This document shows, piece by piece, positions 12,189 to 23,832 of a stretch of DNA of 64,000 nucleotides. The first letter of the stretch is position 1, and each line of letters starts with the position of its first letter. Made by a program: the position numbers and the translations under genes. Under the pieces are notes generated by a model. It had not been told where the DNA came from. It searched no databases and was given only the letters and a program-made list of their open reading frames with translations. Origin of the DNA: Chlorokybus atmophyticus (taxonomy: Eukaryota; Plantae; Mesostigma and Chlorokybus algae). Location: the NCBI GenBank assembly GCA_009103225.1, contig RHPI01002568.1, positions 13,742 to 77,741 on the forward strand, read 5' to 3'.

Positions 12189-12790
12189 NACTTGACAGTC
12201 GCAGGCTGTCCCATATGGACAGTCGCCAATGCACTCTATTGACGGATGTATGACATGTGCAGGCTGCTGGAGCCATCTCCAACTGTGAAGATCAAGCAGT
12301 TGCAATGGACTTGGATTTTGCAGCTGCAATTGTTTGCGACACCAAACCAAACGCCCCCACTAGAGAGCAGGCGATGGACGTGTACGAGTACTACCAGCAC
12401 ATTGAGCACGCGGTATTCACCAGTCGTCACCAGCTGCCATTCAAGGATCCTGAGCGAATGGAGTCTTATCCAGACGAGAGGATCTTGCGAGCAGTTGTCA
12501 GCTTTGCAGCAAAGAAAAAGTGGTTGGTGGCCAACGATGAGGTTGAAGGAGGGTGCGAGTGGCGATATGAATCTCGCAAACTACCAGGTATGCATATTGA
12601 ACTGCAAGTCATTGACAGTCCTTGGGTAGTTGTCGAGGCGACTACACATTGCAGGGCTGTTGAGCGAGGGAAGGAAGAAAAAGCCATGGCAACCCAAGAA
12701 GCAGTGGATGCGACAGCCCTCGTCATCCTAGTAGGGTGGTTTACTGTGCTACAGTTGCATGTGTGTGTCAACACTGTATGTCTTGTGTAA
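10573..12790 (+). CDS. Multi-exon accessory gene, probable TnpA/Tnp1-like protein of the CACTA element
   Basis: Exons ~10573-10880, ~11078-11363, ~11480-11741, ~11824-11973 and ~12261-12587, with GT/AG ends. The spliced segment DQVFDIANNAVVVGVATIKSVCEP..YNVCVTHW..IRLPV..LEGREMEWPMMFL resembles the Tnp1/En-Spm C-terminal pattern (VV.G.I..P..Y.V.V..LP..G..I.WP..V) by eye. It is followed by a CPCEAC motif. Confidence 0.5.
12117..12189. repeat. (CA)n microsatellite in an intron
   Basis: Uninterrupted CA run ending at an N at 12190. Confidence 0.95.
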
Positions 12791-13149
12791 GCACAGGTAG
12801 ACTTACAGTTGTTTTGCAGACATTTGATGCACGAGTTGGCTGCATAGGCTGTCCACAGAGGCTGTCAAACAAGGGTGTCCCTGGCTCCTGAGGCTGTCGT
12901 TGGCTCCTGAGGCTGGGAGTCAGCACACAATGTGGAAAGATGGGAGTGGCTTCACATGGGGTCCAGCTGCCCAGGCGAAGGTGCAACACAACAAAGCTGT
13001 TGTCAGCTGCGACTGTCAACAGCAGCGTGCAGTGCATGTAGGAGACTGTAGGTGTAGTACATGACGCTAGCTTAATACTGATGATCATGATCAGACTGTC
13101 CTTTGACAGTCCATTCCAGCATTTTTGTGAATTGTATGCGTGGCGGATT

Positions 13150-13925
13150 GTATGCACCAGGCATGGTGCATGAAACAGCACGCACACCATGCATGGCTTC
13201 CATGCATGTGACATCATGACAGACCATGATTGGTGCACCAAATCAAGGTAGACCGCACCATGTATGGTGCGGTGCCTGGCAGGACCATACGTGGTGCCGC
13301 TTGTGGACCATGTATGCGCAACACCTTGTCGGTAGCCATGGACCATTCATGGTGCGACTGTCAACCAGACTGGCACCATATGTGGTCCACTGTGCAAGGA
13401 GGGCAGCGCACCATAATTGGTCCAGGCAATCTCAGTAACAAACATGACTTGCGGTCCGTATCCATGGACCATGTATGGTGCGGCTGTCAGTCACCGGACA
13501 TGAAGCAAGCAACAAACCATGGATGGTCCACTGTTCCAGGGGGCATCGCACCATGCATGGTCCATAAATCTCATGCATACTGGCCACCATGCCTGGTGCG
13601 TCCCAAGGGACAATGGTACCATTCACGTGAAATTCGGACCATGCATGGTCCGACTGTCCATGAAAGCCGGACCATACATGGTCCGTCAATTTCACTTAGC
13701 AGGGGAAAACCCCGGTCCTGCGTCACGGACCATTCATGGTCCTTGAACGTCAATCCGTGTGTAAGTACCTACAGGCAAGCTTGGACCGGCGATGTATTGA
13801 TGATCAAGTGGCAAGTAATTCAGGCGGCTGTAATAGTGCGGTGTAGCGACCAATGTTACATGTTGTACAACTGTATGACAGCTAGATCCATGCATCAATG
13901 ACGGAACCAATCATGGTCACAACAA
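13150..13925. repeat. Subterminal array of palindromic ACCA-N4-TGGT motifs
   Basis: About 16 copies by eye, e.g. CACCATGTATGGTGCG ~13256, GACCATTCATGGTGCG 13341, GACCATGTATGGTGCG ~13467, CACCATGCATGGTCC ~13549, GACCATGCATGGTCCG ~13637 and GACCATACATGGTCCG ~13670. Spacing is ~25-60 bp. Confidence 0.85.
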
Positions 13926-14150
13926 TGCTTCGTATCGGCCATTTTCTTGACCTAAATGCGTTGTAATGTAACCACCGTGTCCTCAATGGTGTCAGGGAAG
14001 TGGTCAATATTGTGATAGACATTCGTACAGGTATTTGTCACGACCGTGGTTGTTAACAATCGTAACGCGCGATCCTTAAGGTTGTCAATGATCTGGTACA
14101 TATTTAGGGACCGGCCGATGGCTTGTGACAAGATCCAACTTGTAAATGAA

Positions 14151-17100
14151 TCTAGCTATACATTGATTTGGGATCTTGCGAATCCCTTACAAACTTTGCA
14201 CTGAATCTCTAACGAAGGATCCAGCCTGACTTGTCGAAACCCATTTTTAACGGTGCCACCATCTGCCCTCTTTCTTACTGTGTGTTGCGCAGACGGTATT
14301 GCAAGGCATTTGTGGGAGCAGCTCACCCCACTCCCCTCCCATCTTCCCGTCCCTGTGCGGGCACTGGACACTAGCTCTTCCTTTGCTTTGCTGTTAGACG
14401 TAGCACTCGCTTTCTACCTCAATGCTCTATAATCTCCCTCCTCCTCGCCACATTGTATGTAGGAAATTGATAGTATGTTGTTGTGTTGTTGTGTTTTGTA
14501 GTTAAAGGCGATCTGTATATCATTGGTGCGTGTATAGTATTTGTGATTGTATGCATGTCTGTGCACATCGTAAGCACACAAGTCGGTCATTAGGCAATCG
14601 TTGCTTTCGAGTTGTTGCAACAACTCGAGTCACTCTAAAAAGGAAATGTTTTTGCAGAGCCAATAAGTGAAACAGTTGCAGTGCATGTCGATTTAAGCAA
14701 GTCAGTAGATAGTGACAGTGACTAAGATTTTGACCTTGAGGTAATGCTCTGTAAGCTTTATGTGCACGAAAGCTTTTCTTTACAATTGCTGATGTAAATA
14801 TCTTTGTGCGGTTCTCTGAAAGTACTTTGGCAAATTTCAGAGTTTGGGTTTGTGTCTTAACGGCAAGCGAAAAAATCTTCAGCTCTTGCTCTTCGCTTAC
14901 GCCGTCGGTACGTGGAACTGCCTCAGCTCATTGCTCAGTGCCCTCCATCTCAAACCACAGCACCAGTGGGTCCGATGCGGGATGATTTGTTCAGAGCGGT
15001 CATATGCTTGAAAGTTGTGTGCAAGAAGCTGAGGCATGACAATGGGTGGTTGAAAGGTTAGTTGGAAGCTTCAACCAGTTGTGAGCATAAGTATCTGCAA
15101 AGTTTGCAAGAGCATGAATTGGTCACGCAGCAGCGCACATTAGCATTGCCAGCGCAATGAGAAGTTGGCATTGGAAGTGCAAGGTCATTTACATTGGCTA
15201 AAGTCCCAGCTGAGCGTGAGCGATATCGTGTCGAGGCAGGATTGTACCACAATTTGCTTAATGATAGACGTTTTGAAAACTAGATGGTGTATTGTAAGCG
15301 CAAACCGTGGATAGCTGATAGTGAGGTTGTAGCTTAAAAGAATGTAGAGATTGCGGAGGGTGGCAAGCGTGCATTCTTTTGTATACATCATAGTGTATAT
15401 AGAGGTTGTCAATGGGGTAGCAAGTGCACAGGTGAATATGTAGATTGAACGTAATAGCGCATTGTTGTACTGCAATTACTGAGTGATTGGCTTTGCATGG
15501 GTTACTTATGTGTGCATATGCATATATGCAGGTGAGTGCTTATGGTTGACTCATAATTGATGACAATAAGAGAAAGCGACGCAAGGATGCAAAGTTGGCA
15601 CGAGAACGCCAAAGTGCCTCGACAAGAGCACAGAGCAACAAAATGCACGATTGAAGCGGCGTCGTGAACAATATCATAACGGACTTTGTTGGTCTATTGT
15701 TGCATGCACAATCTCTGTTGCACAACGTGTGCAACAGAGATTGTGCATGCAATAACAATACCACCCAGCGCCAAGCATATTGCAATTGCAGAAACAGCCA
15801 ACTGAGCGACATATTGCCGATTATATCGCAGATACGCGCATTGCTCAATATCTCAACATCGCTCCTAGCATACCCAATATGATTCAAGAAAGAGAACAGC
15901 AACAACACGTGCGACAAGTTGCTGTGCACGCTGAACAAGGATTTCACAAAAAGCACCAGCATGTTGGTGCACCATCTCAGTCGCAAATGTTGCCAGCTAA
16001 TGCTGCTACATAAAGCGCACGCGTTGCTCAGACGGTACAACAGATGAAGACAGACAATGATACTATGCGGCGGGCGTTAATGAGCGATTGGCTTCATTGT
16101 TCAATCCGTTGCAGAGTGAGGCATATTGCAATATGCGCGCGTGCGGATATACGGCATAGAATGCGTACGATGCGTTAAAGAACATGCCAGGTTCAACTCA
16201 ATATGTACATCTGTTGCATTCGAGCCTGCCACCAATGCTGAATGAAGCGCCCATGTTGCAACCAGCGTCGTATAATGAGAGAAGTACTTCGCAGCGACAG
16301 GACAATGTTGCTCCTATGGGGGATGCTGCCAAGGAAGTGAGCAAGGATGCGATATCACATGCGCATACCTTACGGTCAGTGCGTGCAGCAAAATTGCAAG
16401 CACGGCGACAGCGACAGGCATCCCAATTGCGACGGGCAGAAATAGCACGTAAGAAACGACACAGGCTGATAGGACAATGAAAGCAACAAGTAGTGGTTGG
16501 CCGTCAAGCATCACAACGCTAAGTGGTATTTGCCAAAGAAAGGAAGCAAAATGCGGAGGCCGAACACATTGCGAGGTTTCGTGCGCAAAACACTTGTTCT
16601 ACAAGGTACCTCGCAGATAATGTATGATACGACGGCACTACTTGATAAACAGTGCTAATTACACTAGATTGACATAATAATGTTGATGGCATAGGAGACA
16701 CGCCCTGCTGGCGCGGGCGGTGTATCAGCCTTTACGGTGGAGGGGGCTTTGTACCACCGCATGGGTCCGCTACGAGCAGAAGCAGATCAGATGCCGCAAT
16801 TTGCGCAAGTGTACATACTGGATCCAGATGATGCCGTCAACCGACGCAGCTCACGTCTTGGTTTACCATGCGCTCGCGATGCATTGAACGGATTGCATCG
16901 TGCGAGAGGAGAACAATTTTGTCCGAGTTCACGCAGCTAATTAACATACCTGAAGGAGATGTCGCGGATTGTCCGTTGATTATTCGGACGGACGGTGTAC
17001 CTAACAAGCGGCGATATAATGCGCCCACCGTTAATGAGGGGTTGGCAATGTTCATACCAGGCCTCCCTAATGAGCAGTCCATCGACACGAGATAACTATC

Positions 17101-20100
17101 CATCGACGGTAATGAGCAGTGCATAAATGATCTATTGTCATCTTGGTCGCAGTGTGCATTCTGATCTCATTATGGTGCATATGTGATACAAGGGGGGAGC
17201 AATAGAGCGTATTAGCAACTTCAACGGCGCGTATGATCCGCTGCACTTTGTGCTGTTTTCCCCGTTCGGGGGAACGGGATGGCATGACAATGTCCCTTTG
17301 CGCGGTGGTGTTCGTCGCGCAGGCCGTCAACGGTGCATTGCACGTAAGGAGTTTGAAAATAATTTCGATGAGGAGGAGCCCAGCAGAGGAGCAAAGCGCA
17401 AATTGGTTACCGCTTGCGAATCCGCAGCTTTTGTAATAATAGTAACTCATAATCTCTCATTCAATTGTATGGAGCATTTGACAAAACCCACAATAATGTA
17501 TTTGTTTGCAATGAATTACAATTTGAATGTGCATTTTTAATTGTTTTTATTACTGCTAGGATTGCGATGCATGCATGTGGAGTGGGCAATTCACGCGAGG
17601 GCGTCGACTATTCAAAGAGTACGTGGTCTCTGCTTATGCAAAAGTAGAGGCGCAACGTTTTACGTGGGTACGAACCCAACAGAGGTGACTGCGCGCCAAT
17701 GTACAAAGGTTTACTATGCAACAATAAACTATATTATATATATTATATGAAATACTGTCAACACCGTTTTTGCAAGCGTTACCCTGACCATAAAATGTAA
17801 TATTAGGTGCGCACGATATGGTAGTCACAAACGACGGTCTGCAAGGATATGGGACGACGGATTGCGTTGCCATCAACATCTATTGATACACCGCGACACA
17901 TGACACAGTTGTATCAAGATGCCATGGCAATTGTAAGAAAGCTTGAAGTGCCAAATGTATTCATCACGTTCACGTGCAACTCGAAGTGGCCGTAGATACG
18001 AGAAGCGTTGTTGGAAGGGCAGACGGCCAATAATCAACCTGATATTGTGGCACGCGTATGAAACTTGCAGAAATGCGAGACGATTTGGTGACACACTTGC
18101 GTCTAGGCAAAGTTGATGGCATCATCCGTACTATCGAGTGGCAAAAAAGGTGAGTGGATCGACCAATAAAATGATCACAGATTCAAACCCATGCGTATCT
18201 ATTATTGACAATGCAATACTTATTGTGTGGTCACGTGCAGGGGGCTCCCGCATGCACACATGCTCATCGTGTTGGCCGCAACAGACAAACCCAAAGCAAC
18301 GGATGATTACGACAAGATCGTGTGCGTGGAGCTGCCCGACAAAACAGATGAGCCGGAGCTGTATAACATCGTCACCAGTTTGATGGGTCACGATTCTTGC
18401 GGCGTGCGAAATCCGAAAAGCCCATGCATAGACCAAGAGAAGAAGATCTGCACGAAGAAGTACCCAAAGCAGTTTCAAGCCATCACGACATATAGCGCCG
18501 GATATAGCGCCGGCTACTCGATGTACCGATGACGCGTAGACGGCCGCACTTTTGTCAAGAGAGTGGGCGAAAACGAAGTAGTGCTGACGAACATTGATGT
18601 TGTTCCGTACAACAAGTTCCCGACGCTCAAGTATAACGCCCACATTAATGTCGACATCTATTCTTTTGTATCCTACGTCAAGTACCTGTACAAATACGTA
18701 TACAAGGGACATCATGATGATCCTGCTATGGTGGATGTCGTACCCGCCCCGGACGCTGACAGTGAGGTGCAGCCAATCAGCGATGAGATCAAGCGGCATC
18801 TAAACGGCCGCTACTTGTCTTCAAGCGCGGCTTGCTTGCGCATATACTGCTTTGAGATTCATCGTGAGCTTTTAAATGTTAAGCGGCTGGCCGTGCATTT
18901 GCCAGATCAGCAGACTGTGTACTACAACGAGGACACGCCACTCGCGGACGTTGTGGAAGAAGGTGCGCCAACCACACTCACACAATGGTTTGAGCTCAAT
19001 CGCAAGGCTAAAGCTCAGTGGAGGACAGTGTTGAAAAACGATCCTGCTGCCGAAAAGCCCATTGCGCTGTCCACGTTGTATCAAGACGTCCCATCCATTG
19101 CACGATGGTACAAGAGAGAATGGCCCCTACGCAAGAACAAGCGGCGGTTTCTTGCCTTTGAACGCATGTATTACATTGTTTAAAAAGACGGCTAGAACCA
19201 ATCTGAAGGTTAATGTACCGAAATTCAATGCACAATAATGCGCAGCTTACGACATTGTCGTACAAGCAATTGCAAGACCTCGACCGGATTTGAACGCCAT
19301 TCTTTTTGCTAACGGTCTTGGAGGTCCTGGCAAGACGTTCCTTTACAATACCTTGCTGGCATTGGTTCGGAGCAGCCGATGTGTTGCAATTGCTGTTGCA
19401 TCATCCGGCATTGCGGCATTGCTACTGGAAATTAATCAATGCATACGATGTCTATGTATTTTGGAGAAAACCACACGCATGCATTTAGCAAAATAAGTAC
19501 AAGCAAGCTCACATAAGTTGTGGTTGTGCAGATAGAAAAATGGCTCAATCGAAGCTCAAAATCCCCATCACTACGCTGAGTGCAACCGCGACTTGCAACA
19601 TTTCAAGAGGCAGCTCTTTAGCGAATATAATTATCGCTGCAGATTTAATTGTTTGCGATGAAGCTCCGACAATGAACAAGCTCTGCTTTGAGGCAGCTAA
19701 CAGTACACTGCAAGATATCATGAGCACGGCGTATCAAAAAGCAGCGGATCTGCTCTTTGGAGGCAAGGTCGTTGTGTTGGGCGGCGACTTCCGACAAATC
19801 TTACAGGTTGTGCCGCGCGGAACACGTTCACAAATTGTGCACGCCAGTTTAAAGTACTTCACAATGTGGAGCCGAACTAAGGTGACGAAGCTGCACATCA
19901 ACATGCGTGTGCGGACGCTACAAGCTGCAGGAGAATCCGGAGCAGAGCAGCAGAGTTTATCATGTTCTGCAGCGCATCGGTAACGGTCGTGAGCATGTGT
20001 TATCTAACAGGGGGAGGAGATGGTGCGCCTAGACGCCGACCTTTGCTGTGAAGCTGGCAATCTCAAAGGTTTGATCGAAGACATGTACGGTGAGTTGCGC

Positions 20101-22305
20101 AATCAGTCGACACCCAAAGCTCTGGCCGATCACGTCATCAACCGAGCAATTCTCACGCCAAAAAACGTGACCGTCGACGTTCAACGCGCTGATAATGGCA
20201 CGTTTTAGCGATGGTACTTGCCGGTGGGCATTGACATACATCTGCAGCCGCATATAAACATTGTGCGTATATATTAAGCATGCCACTTACCCGCCGCAAT
20301 GCGCAGATGAGGAGAGAGTATACCTCAGTGCTGATTCTGTGCCACTAGAGGAGCAAGTTAAAACCATTAACCCATTGAGTATCTCAACAGTATCCAAACA
20401 TCATGGTGTCTGGCTTACCTCCACAAAGACTACGTCTCAAGATAGGCAGCCTGATCGTGATTGCTGCGAAACACGACTAATGGGCTGGCGAACGGGATGC
20501 GTTCAATTTGCAAAGCCTCAAGCAGCATGTAATCGATGCTAAAGTGGCTACGGGACCGGCTAAAGGCAGACAAGTGTTCATCCCTCGACTAATGATCACG
20601 CCCTCAAATGTGGAGGGTATGCCGTTTACGCTGAAGCGTAGACAAACTCCAATATGCGCGGCTTTCGCCATGACCATCAACAAGTCTCAAGGCCAGACCT
20701 TACACAAGGTGGGAGTCTATCTGCATGAGCCTGTATTTACGCACCGTCATCGGTATGTGGCGATGTCGTGCGTTGGTGGCAGAGCGGGAGTGCGCGTACT
20801 GGCGACCAGTGTCGTGCAGCAAAAGAAAGGCGAGCCCGCAGTGGTGTACACAGACAACGTTGTGTATACAGAGGTTCTGTCTCGCGATATTTGAGTTGGA
20901 TACGTGTATAGGTAACGCTGTAAATATGTTTCTATCTTAATGCACAGTGATTGTACTTGATGTATGCATGCTAACATCAAGTATCAATCTGTAACATTGG
21001 CGTGACATGTTAAATATTCACAATATTCAAATATACATATTATCAACCAAGTAATGATCCTCTTATCGCATTGTGATCTTGAACATGATAACCATATCAT
21101 ATATTGTAACTCAACAATGCGCAAATATTGCGCATGCATACAATTGACCACAAATGCCATGTATAATGTAGTGTACATTATACATGGCATGATATGTGTC
21201 CTTTCACCCGTGGTTGTGCCACTGTTCAACATGCTATTTTTTGTTATGCGCGTGGCCGCGCAACACACCATGCAATTGCTGAGCACTGGCAGTTGAGTTC
21301 GGCGCCGCAAATAATCAGGCCCTACAAGGACCTTCAAACCAACCAACAGTAATCGTGACTAGTGCATTCACACGTGGCACAACTACAGGTCAACATACAG
21401 ATGTTACAATGTTGGCATTGTGCCTGTTTATCAGAGCCCAAGATGTTGTTATTGCATTACGTTACATGTGCAGTGCAAATTTTCTTGTGGATTGGCTTAC
21501 GTGTAAATACATGCGTCGTACACAATTGATTTGTATTCAAGTTTGTGGCTCCCTACTTTTGATGCACGATGCACAACATTTGCTACGCTTGCAATGCGTC
21601 ATCATGCCACGTGTAGCTGCTCATATGCAAACATGGGCTTTGTTATTCAGATATTCACATCGCGCATCGCTGTGTACGCTATAATTAACCCAAATAAACT
21701 CTTCTATATACATATTGAATAGCTATTCATCATACAATGTGCTTCACCTGTGTGAAAGTTTCTCGGATAATGTGCATACATTCAACATCCCCGCATTATG
21801 GCATCGGCGCTAAGTTATGTGGACCATGAGCATTCTTTAGCGTGTTTTTTTACTACGCAACTGGTCTGTCCTTCAACAACTACTACAACTCTGCTGCGCT
21901 ATATTGCTGCTATTTGGTTGCTGTGCTGCTATCGCACACTCGTTCGCTATTGGCGCTTGTAATGCTGAATGCATGCGTGTTTGTAAAATGTGCAAACTGA
22001 AGTTGTATTCAACATCCCATTGCACGATGTCAACCCTCTACACAATTTATGCCACTTTCATACGTCGTGCATACGTTCAGTAGGTCAGTCGCGCGCTGAT
22101 AGATATAGTGCTGCACTATGACATCAGCGTTGAGTTGATTATAAGCATTCAGCAACGTGTTCTACGTGATGTGCTATCCGTTCTTAATATGTACACCCAC
22201 CACCAACCATCATCCACGTAATGTCTTACACATATACGTACTATTTCAAAATGTATATGTGTACAACGCTTTTAATTATAATATATCATTTGATCAATTA
22301 ATTAA
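14151..22305 (+). mobile_element. Degraded Helitron (5' end tentative, 3' end not identified)
   Basis: A|TCTAGCTATA at 14151 resembles a Helitron 5' TC end after A. RepHel remnants lie inside. The 3' region is disrupted by the chromovirus array at 22306. Confidence 0.6.
15540..20894 (+). pseudogene. Helitron RepHel (HUH/Y2 Rep + Pif1-family helicase), many stops and frameshifts
   Basis: N-terminal part: GALYHRMGPL..PQFAQVYILD, RRYNAPT, YDPLHFVLF. Rep motifs: FITFTCN (~17960), RGLPHAHMLI (HUH 18251-18259), KYLYKYVYKG (~18680), RYLSSSAAC. Helicase motifs: GLGGPGKT, LIVCDEAP, FGGKVVVLGGDFRQ, AILTPKN, FAMTINKSQGQTL. Confidence 0.92.
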
Positions 22306-22612
22306 TTGTGTGCGTGTGCACATGTTTTTCACGTCTCCCTTCTGAAAGCATATCGAGGACAACCGCCAGAAAGGCCACCCCCCGAAGTTGGCACGGACGG
22401 TGAACCCGAGTGGGAGGTAGAAGACATCCTTGGTGAGAAGTTTGTGCATGGCGTACGCAAGTTCTTAGTGAAATGGAAGGGCTATCCGTTGCATGAAGCA
22501 TCCTGGGAGCCAGAGGCACACTTGACTAATGCTCAAGACGTTGTGCGTGCCTATCTTGCTCGACGACACCCTCGCGAGCTTCGAGGACGAAGCTCACCTG
22601 GGGGGGGAGGAG

Positions 22613-23284
22613 TGTAACAGTCAAGGCCAAATTCTGTGATTTTCATGGCCGTTTTAGGCCTTATTTGTAAGGTACATGTTTTTAATGACTTGTGGCGGAT
22701 ATCGGCGAGTTATGAGTCTGCCGCGGATATCGACCGGGGCCCCAAGACCAGTCCGGAAGGTGCCAGAAAACGGAGGGCCAGTCGAGAAGGGCTCGACCAG
22801 ATTTCTGGAAGGGCCTGGCGCCAAGTAGTATAACTTGACCATATGAGCAGCAAATTAGGAGATCTTTGGTGCGTTGGAAAGGTCTAGAAGTGTACTACAA
22901 GATTCTGCAAGAATATCTTAGCTTCTAGTTCCGTCTAGCGCTAGAATCGTCTAGACAGTAGCATGTGCAGACTGGTAGGTATAAAAGTGACATTCTACAA
23001 TTTGCAATACAACCTTTAGCTCCCTAGTTTCTTGTGTGCAAGCTTGGTGGTGGTTAGCAGGGGTTGCTAGCGTGTGCCCACCGGTGTGTGCTTGCTTGTG
23101 TGACGATCCAAGGCGCTACACAAGTCGGTGTGTAGCTTCGAGCGCATGCGCGTGCGTACGCGAGTGGCGGGGCGCGCGTGTGTGCTTGGCAGAGGGGGCA
23201 AGGTTCCGGTGTGAATACCGTGTCTTGGTGAGAGGGTTGTGGATTGGACCAACTCACAGGTGACAAGGCACGAGCACCGTCACA
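22613..23284 (+). repeat. Chromovirus LTR 1 (672 bp, TG..CA)
   Basis: TGTAACAGTC...CCGTCACA. Preceded by a G-rich PPT (22600-22612) and followed by PBS TGGTATCGGAGCACGGTTT (23287-23305). Confidence 0.97.
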
Positions 23285-23378
23285 ACTGGTATCGGAGCAC
23301 GGTTTACGAAGGTGAGAGAGGAAGTGTGTGGGCGTTTACACTTTTCATTCGGAAGCGGAGTGTAGTGTGTTAGTGGAG

Positions 23379-23832
23379 ATGGAGGATGCTCGCATGGAAG
23401 AGCTTCAAGCTGCCATCTTGGCACTGAGGGAAGAGCTTCATCACACTCAAGCGGCGGCACAAGCACAACGCGAGGCGTATGAGCATGCGATGGCGCGTGT
23501 ACAAATTCCCATGGCATCAAGCTCGCGCGTGCATGTGAAGGTGCCAAAGCCCAAGCCATTCAGGGGTCAACGTGATGGAGATGCAGTGGATGAATGGATT
23601 TTTCAAGTATCGTCTTGGTTGAAGCTCACGGAGGTGCCCACGCATCTGCACGTGGAGGTTGCAGCGACATTGCTTGAAGGTGCAGCACTTGTGTGGTGGA
23701 GGCATCGATGCACGCGTGTTGCAAACGGGTTGGCGCTACCATTGACCACCATGGAAGAGTTGGCACTGGAGGTCGGGCATCAATTTGTTCCCGTTGAGAG
23801 CGTGAAGGCCGCACGCGACAAACTTGCAGCCC
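23379..23832 (+). pseudogene. gag: Truncated gag (5' half)
   Basis: PKPKPFRG..VDEWIFQV..AATLLEGAALVWW. Near-identical to the gag at 36328 up to ...CTTGCAGCCC (23832), where it jumps into the integrase region out of frame. Confidence 0.9.

Larger units (their letters stand above)
1..14109 (+). mobile_element. Large multi-gene CACTA/EnSpm-like DNA transposon (left end outside window; right end tentative)
   Basis: Tnp2-type transposase, probable TnpA-like gene on the same strand, subterminal palindromic array at 13.1-13.9 kb and a shared GACWGTC motif throughout. Its internal part is duplicated at 50244-64000. The candidate right terminus ...TATTTAGGG (reverse complement CCCTAAATA) ends at 14109 and cannot be verified without the left TIR. 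Confidence 0.65.

Noticed and set aside
13150-13925. Repeat-spacer-like array suggesting CRISPR
   Set aside because: Repeats are only ~12-16 bp, degenerate and irregularly spaced, there are no cas genes, and the context is eukaryotic; a transposon subterminal array explains it better.
14156-14371. EIQCKVCK peptide suggesting a zinc finger
   Set aside because: Only one CxxC is present with no second ligand pair, in a short ORF.
15058-15252. Minus-strand HCAGNANVRCC peptide resembling small Cys-rich secreted motifs (possible Helitron capture)
   Set aside because: It is a single short match with no signal peptide or supporting exons and could be chance; a BLASTX would be needed.
21359-21363. 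CTAG|T sites (21359, ~26815) as the Helitron 3' end
   Set aside because: Neither has a properly spaced GC-rich hairpin, and continuity with the sequence before 14151 cannot be shown.
22636-23266. Small ORFs recurring four times (22636, 25339, 35585, 37379 and antisense partners)
   Set aside because: They are incidental frames in four copies of one LTR, with no recognisable protein motifs.
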